In this document: one piece after another, positions 45,724-58,003 of the stretch
How positions within the stretch are numbered: position 1 is the stretch's first letter
How the letters are laid out: every line of letters begins with the position of its first letter
Source of the DNA: Eledone cirrhosa
Taxonomy: Eukaryota
Assembly: GCA_964016885.1 (NCBI GenBank)
Contig: OZ024740.1
Coordinates: 426,126,001 to 426,190,000 of the forward strand
Direction: 5' to 3'
DNA length: 64,000 bases
The notes under the pieces: model-generated
Database searches by the model: none
Seen by the model: only the letters and a program-made list of their open reading frames with translations
Told to the model about the DNA's origin: nothing
Made by a program: the position numbers and the translations under genes

Positions 45724-47790
45724 GAGCAACACGTTATAAGAGGGAGGGACTGAGGCAGGAAGGGAGCAACACGTTATAAGAGGGAGGGACTGAGGCAGGA
45801 GGGGAGCAACACGTTATAAGAGGGAGGGACTGAGGCAGGAAGGGAGCAACACGTTATAAGAGGGAGGGACTGAGGCAGGAAGGGAGCAACACGTTATAAG
45901 AGGGAGGGACTGAGGCAGGAAGGGAGCAACACGTTATAAGAGGGAGGGACTGAGGCAGGAGGGGAGCAACACGTTATAAGAGGGAGCGACTGAGGCAGGA
46001 GGGGAGCAACACGTTATAAGAGGGAGGGACTGAGGCAGGAAGGGAGCAACACGTTATAAGAGGGAGGGACTGAGGCAGGAAGGGAGCAACACGTTATAAG
46101 AGGGAGGGACTGAGGCAGGAAGGGAGCAACACGTTATAAGAGGGAGGGACTGAGGCAGGAAGGGAGCAACACGTTATAAGAGGGAGGGACTGAGGCAGGA
46201 GGGGAGCAACACGTTATAAGAGGGAGGGACTGAGGCAGGAGGGGAGCAACACGTTATAAGAGGGAGGGACTGAGGCAGGAGGGGAGCAACACGTTATAAG
46301 AGGGAGGGACTGAGGCAGGAAGGGAGCAACACGTTATAAGAGGGAGGGACTGAGGCAGGAAGGGAGCAACACGTTATAAGAGGGAGGGACTGAGGCAGGA
46401 AGGGAGCAACACGTTATAAGAGGGAGGGACTGAGGCAGGAGGGGAGCAACACGTTATAAGAGGAAGGGACTGAGGCAGGAGGGAAGCAACACGTTATAAG
46501 AGGGAGGGACTGAGGCAGGAAGGGAGCAACACGTTATAAGAGGGAGGGACTGAGGCAGGAAGGGAGCAACACGTTATAAGAGGGAGGGACTGAGGCAGGA
46601 AGAGAGCAACACGTTATGAGGGGGAGGGACTGAGGCAGGAAGGGAGCAACACGTTATAAGAGGGAGGGACTGAGGCAGGAGGGGAGCAACACGCTATAAG
46701 AGGGAGGGACTGATGCAGGAGGGGAGCAACACGTTATAAGAGGGAGGGACTGAGCCGGGAGGGGAGCAACACGTTATAAGAGGGAGGGACTGAGGCAGGA
46801 GGGGAGCAACACGTTATAAGAGGGAGAGACTGAGGCAGGAGGGGAGCAACACGTTATAAGAGGGAGGGACTGAGGCAGGAGGGGAGCAACACGTTATAAG
46901 AGGGAGGGACTGAGGCAGGAGGGGAGCAACACGTTATAAGAGGGAGAGACTGAGGCAGGAGGGGAGCAACACGTTATAAGAGGGAGGGACTGAGGCAGGA
47001 GGGGAGCAACACGTTATAAGAGGGAGGGACTGAGGCAGGAGGGGAGCAACACGTTATAAGAGGGAGGGACTGAGGCAGGAGGGGAGCAACACGTTATAAG
47101 AGGGAGGGACTGAGGCAGGAGGGGAGCAACACGTTATAAGAGGGAGGGACTGAGGCAGGAGGGGAGCAACACGTTATAAGAGGGAGGGACTGAGGCAGGA
47201 GGGGAGCAACACGTTATAAGAGGGAGGGACTGAGGCAGGAGGGGAGCAACACGTTATAAGAGGGAGGGACTGAGCCGGGAGGGGAGCAACACGTTATAAG
47301 AGGGAGGGACTGAGGCAGGAGGGGAGCAACACGTTATAAGAGGGAGGGACTGAGGCAGGAGGGGAGCAACACGTTATAAGAGGGAGGGACTGAGCCAGGA
47401 AGGGAGCAACACGTTATAAGAGGGAGGGACTGAGGCAGGAGGGGAGCAACACGTTATAAGAGGGAGGGACTGAGCCGGGAGGGGAGCAACACGTTATAAG
47501 AGGGAGGGACTGAGGCAGGAGGGGAGCAACACGTTATAAGAGGGAGGGACTGAGCCGGGAGGGGAACAACACGTTATAAGAGGGAGGGACTGAGGCGGGA
47601 GTGGAGCAACACGTTATAAGAGGGAGTTACTGAGGCAGGAGGGGAGCAACACGTTATAAGAGGGAGGGACTGAGGCAGGAGGGGAGCAACACGTTATAAG
47701 AGGGAGGGACTGAGGCAGGAGGGGAGCAACACGTTATAAGAGGGAGGGACTGAGGGAAGGAGGAGGGGAGTAACACATTATAAGAGGGAG
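45724..47790. repeat. 40-bp purine-rich minisatellite (GAGCAACACGTTATAAGAGGGAGGGACTGAGGCAGGA[A/G]GG), ~51 copies
   Basis: Direct periodicity. Confidence 0.97.
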
Positions 47791-47961
47791 TAGCTGGGGG
47801 AGGGAGGAGAGGAGTAAAGGGTTTTGTGTAGGTATGGATGGATGGAGGGAGGGGTGTGTGTATGGGTGGATGGATGTATGTATATATATAAGTAGTTAGC
47901 TATGTAAGTATGTATATATAGGTAGTTAGCTATGTATATATGTATGTATGTATATATAGGT

Positions 47962-49198
47962 AAATTTCTTTATTAGCCACAAGGGCACAAAGGAAGGGGA
48001 CAAAGGGGACAAATACAAATGGGGAGTTTACATACAGGTATATGAAAATAAAACTATTAATAAAATAACAAATAACAATTGAAATCCCCAATAGCGGGGA
48101 GGCGTTACACAGGGGTTGTACACACCCCGAAAAAATGGACAACCCTCATCTCCAGGAGCACCAAGAGTGAGTATCCCCTCCTCTCTTGCTCTTTTTCTCC
48201 AACCTACAGGCTTATATAGAGAAAAGGCCCAACCACTCGGGCCATCTTTGCCACATTCACCCACCTTTTATAAAATTTGATGACCCCCCAGGTGACCCCT
48301 GCTTAAGCAGTGGTAACATGAGGGCCCCCTACCCTCGACCGAAATGTTTATGTATATAAACCCATCCGGCAGCACACCTTCCGAGATCCTAGCTATTCGT
48401 TCTGGTGTCATTTGGACCAGAACTTCCAGGCTTGTTCCGCTTAACAGGTCGCCGAAGGTTTAAAAATCCACATAGTACCCACCAAATATCAATATTTGGT
48501 GTGATACTTTGGATTTTTATTTTCTGTGTTCTTTTCCCCATGTAAGTGGGGAAAAAGGTGAACAGCGGTGACGCAATTGGCGACACAGAATATTTCTGTG
48601 CCGTCAATTGGTCTTTCATTAGAATGGATAAACTCCCGTAGAGTCTACCCTTTTGAATAAAAGCAATGTCTTTTAAGGCATTTTTTAAAGCCAACTCAAT
48701 TTCGCCTTGTGATAGTTGTGTCGGTTTTCGGGTTTTGTTTGAGACTGTCCTGAAAATAACAGTTTTCAAGGCAGCTTCTCTTCGCAAATCTGGGGGAGAG
48801 TTTATGGAGAATGATCCATTGTCCCCAAAAGTTACATATTGTCTGGCGTTATTCAAAAGCTCATTTGCATTTGAAATATCTATCGGAGTGTAGCTTACCG
48901 TTTCCTTTACGGTTTGCGCAAATGATATTTTACTTCCTTGTTGCAGTTATTAGTCTTGTTGTTGTTATTATTGTTGTTGGTTGGGGTTTTGTTGTTCTTA
49001 TTCTTCTTGTTCTCGTTGTCACCGTTGTTGTTGATGGCGTTGTTGTGGTTTGTGCCATTCACAGTTTTCGTGTTGGTGGTGCTGGTGTTGTCAGGGTGTG
49101 TTTTAAACATATCTACGTGTTTCAATGAGGCGGTGCTAGCTGCCTGTTGGCTTGACACTTTCACCGTCCCTCCACCACCTCTGTCTAATTGTTGGCTG
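47962..49198 (-). mobile_element. Internally deleted Tx1-like LINE: putative ORF1 N-terminus joined to the 3' end
   Basis: 47962-48280 matches 44700-45008; 48389-49164 encodes Asn-rich then globular fragments; ORF1 identity inferred from position. Confidence 0.6.
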
Positions 49199-49420
49199 AT
49201 AGATAGGTAGGTGGGTAGGTAGGTAGGTAGGTAGGTAGGTAGGTAGGTAGGTGGGTATGTAGGTAGGTGGGTAGATAGGTAGGTAGGTGGGTAGATTGGT
49301 AGGTAGGTGGGTAGGTGGGTAGGTAGGTAGGTAGGGAGGTAGGTAGGTAGGCAGGTGGGGTGGTAGGTAGATAGATAGGTAGGTAGGTGGATAGGTAGGT
49401 AGGTGGGTAGGTAGGTATAG
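49199..49420. repeat. (GGTA)n-type microsatellite
   Basis: Direct inspection. Confidence 0.92.
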
Positions 49421-49437
49421 ATTCAAATATCACAGAG

Positions 49438-49468
<31 letters not shown>

Positions 49469-50342
49469 GATAGAGAGAGGAGAAATGAGGTGGAACGGAA
49501 ATGAAACATGGATTACAGGTTAACATGTAGTCTAGATAGATGTGAAACAAAACGAGGATGTAGTTTAGGGCACCCAAATGATTTAGAAGCCGACCTTAAG
49601 TAGGAGCAATAACATTAAGAAAGACATGAACGACACCACAACAATTTGTTTTGAACATTTTGAAAGTAGGTTTATAAGTATGAATTTTCATAAGATTCTC
49701 GTAGTTGTCACTCTGGCCTAGCGGTAGGTACTAGAGATGGTGGATATCCTTGCCTTGGGTCCAATCCTGGTCAAGAGGTAACCTTTTTCAGTTTTTACAA
49801 CCCATAGGAAAAAACTGAAAAAGTTTACTGAGAACCCTACTCCCGACCAGGATCGAACTTCAGATGAGGATCACCACCGTCTATGATTCCTCCACCGAGA
49901 CAGCTACAAAAGTATAATGGAAATTGATAATTAATTTATTTATTTTTACTTTAAAAGTAAAAAGAAATTCAAACACACTGACACGAAAGCTGATCTGCTT
50001 ATTCACGTGACTGCATCAACCAACCAAACTTCACTCATATATGAAAAAACAACCTGCCATATTCACTGAACCAGAACAATTCCCTCTAACCCATTTCTCT
50101 TGACCATTATCTTTTGTTTGTCATAAAATTCTCTAAAAGGCTACAAAATAAATTCCCGAATACGGGCGCGAAATTTAATGAACTTGTTAAATCAAATTAC
50201 ATTTATAAAAAAAAAGCCTTCGTGAACCCCTTTTTTTTAAGTAAAAAGAAATTCAAACAAACTGGCGCGAAAGCTGATGTGCTTATTCACGTGACTCCAT
50301 CAACCAACCAAACTTCACTCATATATGAAAAAACAACCTGAG

Positions 50343-50703
50343 CCCCCCCCCCCTCCCCCCTCGTTTGAAGAACTTTGTAACGCGAACTGGCGCGAAATTT
50401 ATTATACTTATTGACCAACCAATCAAATTACTTTTTAAAAACCTGGCGTTTCGAGCCACTTTTTTCCATATAAAACAAGTAACATTCTAAGACAAACCAG
50501 ATGTGAGAAAAACCACGGACCCTCCATCTCAACTCTACTTTTGAAAAGCAGAAGAACTGCGAAACCGGTAAAAGAACCAAATAAATATATATATTTAAAA
50601 AAAAATAAGACTCCAGTTGTATTTTAGATTTCATCTGTTTTTCTTTATACTTTCACTCGTGTAGGACACCTCGGTTATTTTTCATTTTGTAAAAAAACCT
50701 CAC

Positions 50704-50710
<7 letters not shown>
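50343..50710 (+). mobile_element. pLTR of the 15768-16440 family with HHR at 50538-50574
   Basis: Near identity to 16135-16440 and inverse of 15768-16130; ends at (TA)n. Confidence 0.85.
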
Positions 50711-50764
<54 letters not shown>

Positions 50765-51274
50765 AATAAAGATTCAGCGAGAATCGCATTTCGGCGGGCA
50801 GGAAAAGCGAAGCGAAACGTAAAAATCGGAAATGATACTGGCAAAGTGCTCAATAGTTAAAAACCAGAGCTAAACAATGTGTTAAGAAGCCATACAAAAC
50901 TGAAAAGGTGCTCAAGAAGGCATTAACCACCCAAGCCAAAAACCAAATCTAGCTAAACAGGTCAAAACAAAATAAATGATAAAAAATAAATGATAACCAG
51001 ACCTGGACTCCCGGAATTGCTGTTGAAATCCGATGTAGAGTTTCTGTGACACCTAAATCAAAATACATACACATATATATATATATATATCAATATATAT
51101 ATATAGATAGATAGATAAATATACACGGGTGTGTATCATTGTGTATAGAAGATTATATTAATAAGAGGAATTCCAACTTTGTCTGATTTACTCGTTTTAT
51201 TTACAATCCTTTAACATTTATAATGGTATTATAATGAAATAGTATGATAGAATATTAAATTCTAAGTGTTAATT

Positions 51275-51312
51275 GAACAAGTACTTTCATGCTTACGCAA
51301 TCTTCAGGTTTA
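51275..51312 (-). ncRNA. Minimal HHR
   Basis: AAC-CTGAAGA-TTGC GTAA GCAT-GAA-AGTACT-T-GTT; palindromic helix III. Confidence 0.78.
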
Positions 51313-51617
51313 TAATATGTGGTGACAGTCAAGTTTGCAATTTTCAACTGTAATGAGATGGGTAAATTTTGTACCTGATATACAGTGAAAAGTGGCTCCA
51401 GAATGCTAAATCTTGCAAACTGTATTTCGACCAATCGGTGTGTAGTTTCACTGAATTACTAAAGCTGATTGGTTTAAGCGTCACGGCTGGTTGAGCATGT
51501 CTAACGACCAATAATTAATCCTATCCAAAGCATCAATTGTTTTGCTATTTTTAGAAATGATGAAAATAGCATTTTCTAGTAATCATCACCATCAACATCA
51601 CTTTTATTATTATTATT

Positions 51618-51668
<51 letters not shown>

Positions 51669-51730
51669 AGTGGTCGTAGTCGACATGGTCGTAGTCATAG
51701 TCATAGTAGAAGTAATACCCCTAAGTGTTA

Positions 51731-54008
51731 TTATTGTTCATTTAGCTTGGGTTTGAATTTATCAATAACATTCTTTTCTTTGATTTTTCTCTTGATTTCA
51801 CTTGGGCTGTGTAATTTGTAGAATGGGAATATTATAAATATTCCCTGACCACATGTTGCTAGATGGTTACTTAGGGGTTTCTGACGGACATTTGGGTCTC
51901 TGATTTGCTGACGGTGTACCCGTGCACGTTCCGATAGTGCATTTCCAGTTTGACCGACATTGTTCTTCACAATTCGGGCATTTAATGCAGTAAATTAGAT
52001 TTCTGCTTTTGCAGTTCATATTTGCATTTGGGAATATTTTTCCAGTTTTTGTTTTCATATATTGACCGGCGTGTATGGATTGACATGTGCCGCATCAACT
52101 ATCATTGCATTTAGATACAGTGAATGATTGGTCTTTGTTGTTAAGGTCAAACTTTGCTTTTGTTAGTAATTGCTTCAAATTTTTTGGCTGTCTTTTACTA
52201 AGAGTCAAAGATCGATCTGTGATTAAGCCTTTTAATTCATTACTTTGAGCAATGATCGGTAGGTTTGCTTTGGCAGTGTTGAAGATATTCTGGTGACATG
52301 GGTTGTGTGTCATTATAAATGGTATGACCAGTTCTTAGTTTCTTCTTCCTTGGGTTGTCCTAAGTTGTTGTATAGGTATTTTTATAGCCAGCTGTATGCC
52401 ATTTTCTATAAGTAGAGATGGGTAATTTTGTTTGAGCAAAAATTCTCTTAGTTCTGTTAGGCGTTTGTACCTGGTATTCGTATCTTCTACAATGGTACAA
52501 ATTCTTCTGGCTAGGCAGTATGGGATGTTGCATTTTGTATGAGGTGGATGGCACGACTTAAAATTCAGATATTGATGGGTGTCTGTGTATTTATAATATA
52601 TATCCGTGGTAATGGTGGTGCCGTTTTTGATTATCATTATATCTAGGAATGGTAATTTGGTCCTACTCATGTCTTTTATGAATTAGAGAGATGGGTGTAG
52701 GTTATTCAGGAGGATATTGAACTCATCCAGAGTATCTAGAGATTCTGTCCAGATGATGAAACAGTCGTCAAGGTATCTCTTCCATGATTTTTCAATGTAC
52801 TTTCTAAAGTCAGTACTATATTTTTCCTCTATTTCTTGGTAGAGTTGTTGTTCTAAGTATCCCATTACAGAGTTCACGTAAACGGGAGCAAACTTCGTTC
52901 CCATCGCTGTGCCTCTAATTTGGATGTAATTCTTTCCATTGAAGAAGAAAGTGTTGTTTTCCAGAATACGATTAACTGCGTCTAATATAAATGGCGCTGT
53001 GAATCTGATGGGAATCACTTCTCTATGTTTTTCCACCCAGTATTTAACCGCCTTTATTCCTAAATCATGTGTAATGTTGGTGTAAAGGCTTACCACATCA
53101 AAACTAAGTAGAACTGAATTCGTTTCCGTGGTTTTGGGAAGATGGGACAGGAAGTCGATATCATCCCGGATGAAACTGGGTATGTGAATACTTAGTGGTT
53201 TCAAGATAATGTCAACAAAATTGCTTAGACGGTGGGTGCGGCATGTTGGACCAGCTATAATAGGTCTATGTTTTAAGTCTTTTGGGTGTAGTAATTTAAT
53301 GTACTCACTGTTTTGTTCTCTTACTACCAGTTGTATTTCTTTTGACTTATGAACTTTCCGTAGGCCATACAGGTTGCTGGGTTTGGGCTCAAAATTGGTG
53401 ATGTAGTCTCTTTCCTTATCAGTAAGTGAGTTATGGTATTTTGAAGCCAGGTTGTTGATCTTCTTCATGATGTTGTGGTCTATATTTGACGGTATTTCAT
53501 GATAGAATGTTGTATCTTTCAGTTGTTCCTCAACCAAATCCTTGTAGTATTCAGTATCCATTATAAAAACTGCACCCCCTTTATCTGCTTGTTTAATTAT
53601 TATTGTTTTATCATTTTGTATACGTTTAAGTGCAGACATTTCTGATTTGTTAATGTTTGGCCTAACAATAGTATTACGTCTAAGAGGAAATTTAGACAGG
53701 ATGTCAATGTATTGGTCGAGATAGATATTTCTTCCTTTTGGCGGAGTGAAATTTGATTTATTCTTTACTAGTGATTCATCACTCTCATTACTTTTATCAG
53801 CGAAGAATTCTACAAGACGTAATTTTCGACAGAATTCTTGGGTATCCTCCTTCAGTTCTTGGTGATTGACTGTTGGAGTCGGTGTGAATTTCAGTCCTTT
53901 TGACAGAATTTGCATTTCATCATTGTCAAGATCTCTTTTAGATAAATTAATTATTTTAGGATCTACGTGTACAGTTGTTTTGAGTATGTTTCCTCCTGGA
54001 AACATACC
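51731..54008 (-). pseudogene. PLE RT / Zn-linker / GIY-YIG ORF with three in-frame stops and a frameshift
   Basis: INLSKR..LSKGLKFTP; ADKG; RPII; FDVVSLYTNI; GTAMGTKFAP; RYLDD; LPFLD; CKSRNLIYCIKCPNC..VGQT. Confidence 0.92.
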
Positions 54009-54062
54009 AATATATATATACATATCAATATATATATATACATATCAATATATATACATATC

Positions 54063-54104
<42 letters not shown>

Positions 54105-54522
54105 TGGCTGCCAACTCGTTTTCGAGTACGGCCACTACTTTATACCCATGTAGGAGAACCCCTACCGATGCGCTGAACGAGTGGACTTTTTAGTCCAGCC
54201 AGCGACTTGAAAACTCTAGTACAAAGACTACACTTGTGACCATTATTGACACATAGTGCAGGGCCCATGGTACCATGTGATGACAAGTGCAGAGAGAGAT
54301 CCAGATATAAAGCAATGCCTGTGCCGTGAAGCTTTTATAGTGAGCAAAGGCACTGCACAAAGCCAGTCCCACTCTCTTAACCAAGATGATATTTACCAAA
54401 AAGAAGAACAAGTCAACATCATTGGATACCATCAGGGTTGCAGGTGTTATATCAGAGTTTTCCTTCTCCTAGAATTCTGCCTTGACAAAGGCTAAGGGGT
54501 CATCTCTCCCGGATATACACAC

Positions 54523-54591
<69 letters not shown>

Positions 54592-54608
54592 TAAAAATAA
54601 CAGATTAA

Positions 54609-54659
54609 AGTTTAAGCAAAGAATCGCTGCTTTCACCCTTAACGGGATCTTCTGAAACT
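54609..54659 (-). ncRNA. HHR with U4A core variant
   Basis: AGTTT-CAGAAGA-TCCC GTTAA GGGT-GAA-AGCA..TGCT-T-AAACT. Confidence 0.65.
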
Positions 54660-54769
54660 AACAAAGTCAATCTGTAAACGCAGAACTGGATATTTCAAAA
54701 AACGTTGCAACCGGAGGAAGACAGGAAGACGATACTTTGGTTCGTGGAAATCTTCAATTTTATTATTAT

Positions 54770-54820
<51 letters not shown>

Positions 54821-54821
<1 letters not shown>

Positions 54822-56000
54822 TATTAATAATGAGTTCAAATCTCAGGTAGTCCTTTTCAATGAAATAGCTCAAAGAAAGAAGTATTTCTGAGCCGTGTAA
54901 TACAAGTTAATATAAATTAATATATTTGATAAACACAAACACCAACATATCCATGTTTGTATTCTAAAGGACTAAGTTAGCTAGATTGAAAAATACTAAT
55001 TATAATAATACAGTTTGCCTGTCTCGATTTAAAATAATAAATCAATAAAAACAAAGTATATTGGCAAATGGCCGTGGTGCTTGGACAAATTTAAATTTCA
55101 AAATTAAACCTGTTCCGTAGACTGGTTTAAACCTTAAAATCCAAATAAGTTTCGAAAAATGAAAGTGAAAGAATACCGCATTTCTATCTCCACAGCAAGC
55201 ACCAGAAAAATTGGTATGTTTCACTTCAAAATATTTAAAAAGACTGTTTAACGCACATGGTTTTTAACACATGGTTATCCAGTGTCTAGCTACTGCATAC
55301 TCGTTCTGCTAGAAATAACAGCCGTTTATATGGGGTTAAATTTAGCTCTACGTAAGGAGCAGTGATACTATTAATAATGAGTTCAAATCTCAGGTAGTCC
55401 TTTACAATGAAATAGCTCAAAGAAAGAAGTATTTCTGAGACGTGTAATACAAGTTAATATAAATTAATATATTTGATAAACACAAATACCAACATATCCA
55501 TGTTTCTATTGTAAAGGACTACCTGAGATTTGAACTCATTATTAATAGTATCACTGCTCCTTATGTAGAGCTAAATTTAACCCCATATAAACGGCTGTTA
55601 TTTCTAGCAGCACGAGTATGCGGTAGCTAGACACTGGATAACCATGTGCGTTAAACAGTCTTTTAAAATATTTTGAAGTGAAACATACCAATTTTTCTGG
55701 TGCTTGCTGAGGAGATAGAAATGCGGTATTCTTTCACTTTCATTTTTCGAAACTTATTTGGATTTTAAGGTTTAAACCAGTCTACGGAACAGGTTTGATT
55801 TTGAAATCTAAATTTGTCCAAGCACCACGGCCATTTGCCAATATACTTTGTTTTTATTGATTTATTATTTTAAATCGAGACAGGCAAACTGTATTATTAT
55901 AATTAGTATTTTTCAATCTAGCTAACTTAGTCATTTACAATACAAACATGGATAAGTTGGTATTTGTGTTTATCAAATATATTAATTTATATTAACTTGT
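54821..56000. mobile_element. 547-bp non-coding unit, partial tandem plus inverted copy, HHR-bearing
   Basis: 54821 recurs at 55368; 55517-56000 is the inverse of ~54900-55400; HHR candidate at 55697-55780(+). Confidence 0.8.
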
Positions 56001-56278
56001 ATATATATATATATATATATCACATTTCAACCAGGTTTGATGGTCTTTTGTCTCTTGTTCACGATTTCACTGAGTTTATATTCATAGAGATCTGGGACTT
56101 GTCTATTTCCTCTCACTTTCCGTTGCTTAAACCATTTTGTTTGTTACCCTAACGTCCCCTTTATTTACGTGTCCCAACGACTTTTTTTAGCCGTTGTTCG
56201 CACCAACCTGAGGCATATGGCGCTTAAAGCGATGAAATGCCTGGGACGGTTGGAGGGTCACTGATGAAGGACTTACTT

Positions 56279-56451
<173 letters not shown>

Positions 56452-56502
56452 AGTTAATATAAATTAATATATTTGATAAATAATATATATATATGTGTGT
56501 GT

Positions 56503-56720
56503 GAAGGCGTGTGGCTAAGTGGTTAGAGAATTGGATTCGCAATCATAAGGTTGTGAATTCGATTCCTGGACCAGGCGATGCGTTATGTCGTTGAGCAAGA
56601 CACTTTATTTCACGTTGCTCCTTCTACCTGGAGTTGCGACCGATAGATAGTATTAGCAATTGGAAAGACCAACGGAAACATTGTTCCCTCGGTCCGATTT
56701 GACGAAAGTCGATCGTTCCT
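56503..56720 (+). mobile_element. SINE family B
   Basis: A-box TGGCTAAGTGG, B-box; matches 14443-14643. Confidence 0.85.
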
Positions 56721-56722
56721 TC

Positions 56723-56772
<50 letters not shown>

Positions 56773-57019
56773 GGTGGGGGTGGGAATTGATAGATAGATA
56801 GAGACACACACAAACGAGGAAACTGCAAACACACAACATAACAAGAATTCTTTGAAAAATCTTACATATACATTGAATATATATATGCATACATGGATAT
56901 ATGTATTTATAAATACATATATAGAAGAAACATGTAGAAACGCATAAGATCTTGAGTGATGTATATAATGTGTGTTATATACATAAGTTAAATCTTATTT
57001 TTCTCTCGGTATCATAATA

Positions 57020-57250
57020 TCGTGGGTTCGATTCCTGCACTGGGTTGTGTGTTGTGTTCTTGAGCAAAACACTTCATTTCACGTTGATCCAGTATACTTC
57101 GCTGAAAAAGATGAGTACCAACAATAGCTGGGGATTTTATCCTGCGATAGACTGGCGTCCTGTCCAGGGGTGGGTGAGTCTTGTACTCACAGTCGCTACT
57201 GAAACCAGGATAAATACAAGCCTGATGAACACCTCACTCGAGAAACTTTA
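57020..57250 (+). mobile_element. tRNA-derived SINE relic
   Basis: GGGTTCGATTCC, TTGAGCAAAACACTT, CCTGCGATAGACTGGCGTCCTGTCCAGGGG. Confidence 0.65.
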
Positions 57251-57519
57251 GATTTTAGACTTTAGACATACTAAGTTGACATCACAAATAATAGATTAAC
57301 AAATATTGACCCATAAGTCTCGGAATTTGTCATACAGCTACTGCGATAGTTGTGCCTTGATCACAGCTTAAAATATTCATAGAGAGACTTATAAAATGTT
57401 ATTGTAATACATAAATACCATTCAGTAATCAGAAGAAGGGAGGTTGGTGTAAAATCCCAAATCGTTATCTTCAATTGGGTATATGTACCAACATTTATCT
57501 ATGGTCATGTTTTTTGGGT

Positions 57520-57945
57520 AATGACCGAAAGAATACGATCGTCAATACAAGCGACCGGTATGGGGTTCCTCCGAAGGGTCTTTGGAGTAACGTTACTCGA
57601 TAGAGCGCGTAGCTCGTAGATCAAAGAGTCCCTCCAGGTAGAGACTCTACTTTTCCGAATTGAGAGATCACAATTACGATACTCTGGGCATGGTGTTAGA
57701 ATGTCTTAGGAAAGAATCGCCTGACAGATTTTATGGGCAAAATCAACCGGCAGGAGAGATCCCGATCAAGATGTTTGGATAACAAACATGAGCTTGGCTG
57801 GTCTCACTTGGAGATCCCACCGGATCATTTGGAATTGTTTGCTTCTGAGAGGACCCACTGGAATTGGCGTTTAAGGACTCTGGCCCTCTCCGTCGTATGT
57901 GGGCGAAAAAGAAATACTCTACCCTCGCGTATAAGACTCCTCAAA
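57520..57945 (+). mobile_element. Degenerate RTE-group LINE 3' end
   Basis: MTERIRSSIQA..MGFLRRVFGVTLLDR..RIERSQLRY.GH..RM with several stops. Confidence 0.75.
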
Positions 57946-57965
57946 CACACACACACACATATATA

Positions 57966-57998
<33 letters not shown>

Positions 57999-58003
<5 letters not shown>

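Larger units (their letters stand above)
51125..54008 (-). mobile_element. Neptune-like PLE with 3' pLTR
   Basis: RT and GIY-YIG relic followed by HHR at 51275-51312; (TA)n flanks. Confidence 0.9.

Noticed and set aside
45724-47790. CRISPR-like regular repeats (also 1-2550 and 7590-11560)
   Set aside because: No unique spacers, no cas genes, eukaryotic context
50760-51065. (TA)n-flanked repeat sharing an end with 28228-28295
   Set aside because: Real dispersed repeat, but no HHR, TIR or ORF found, so it cannot be classified
52095-52097. In-frame TGA near Cys motif as possible Sec
   Set aside because: Context KCNDS*CGTC fits CGA(Arg)>TGA decay, and the ORF has other stops and a frameshift
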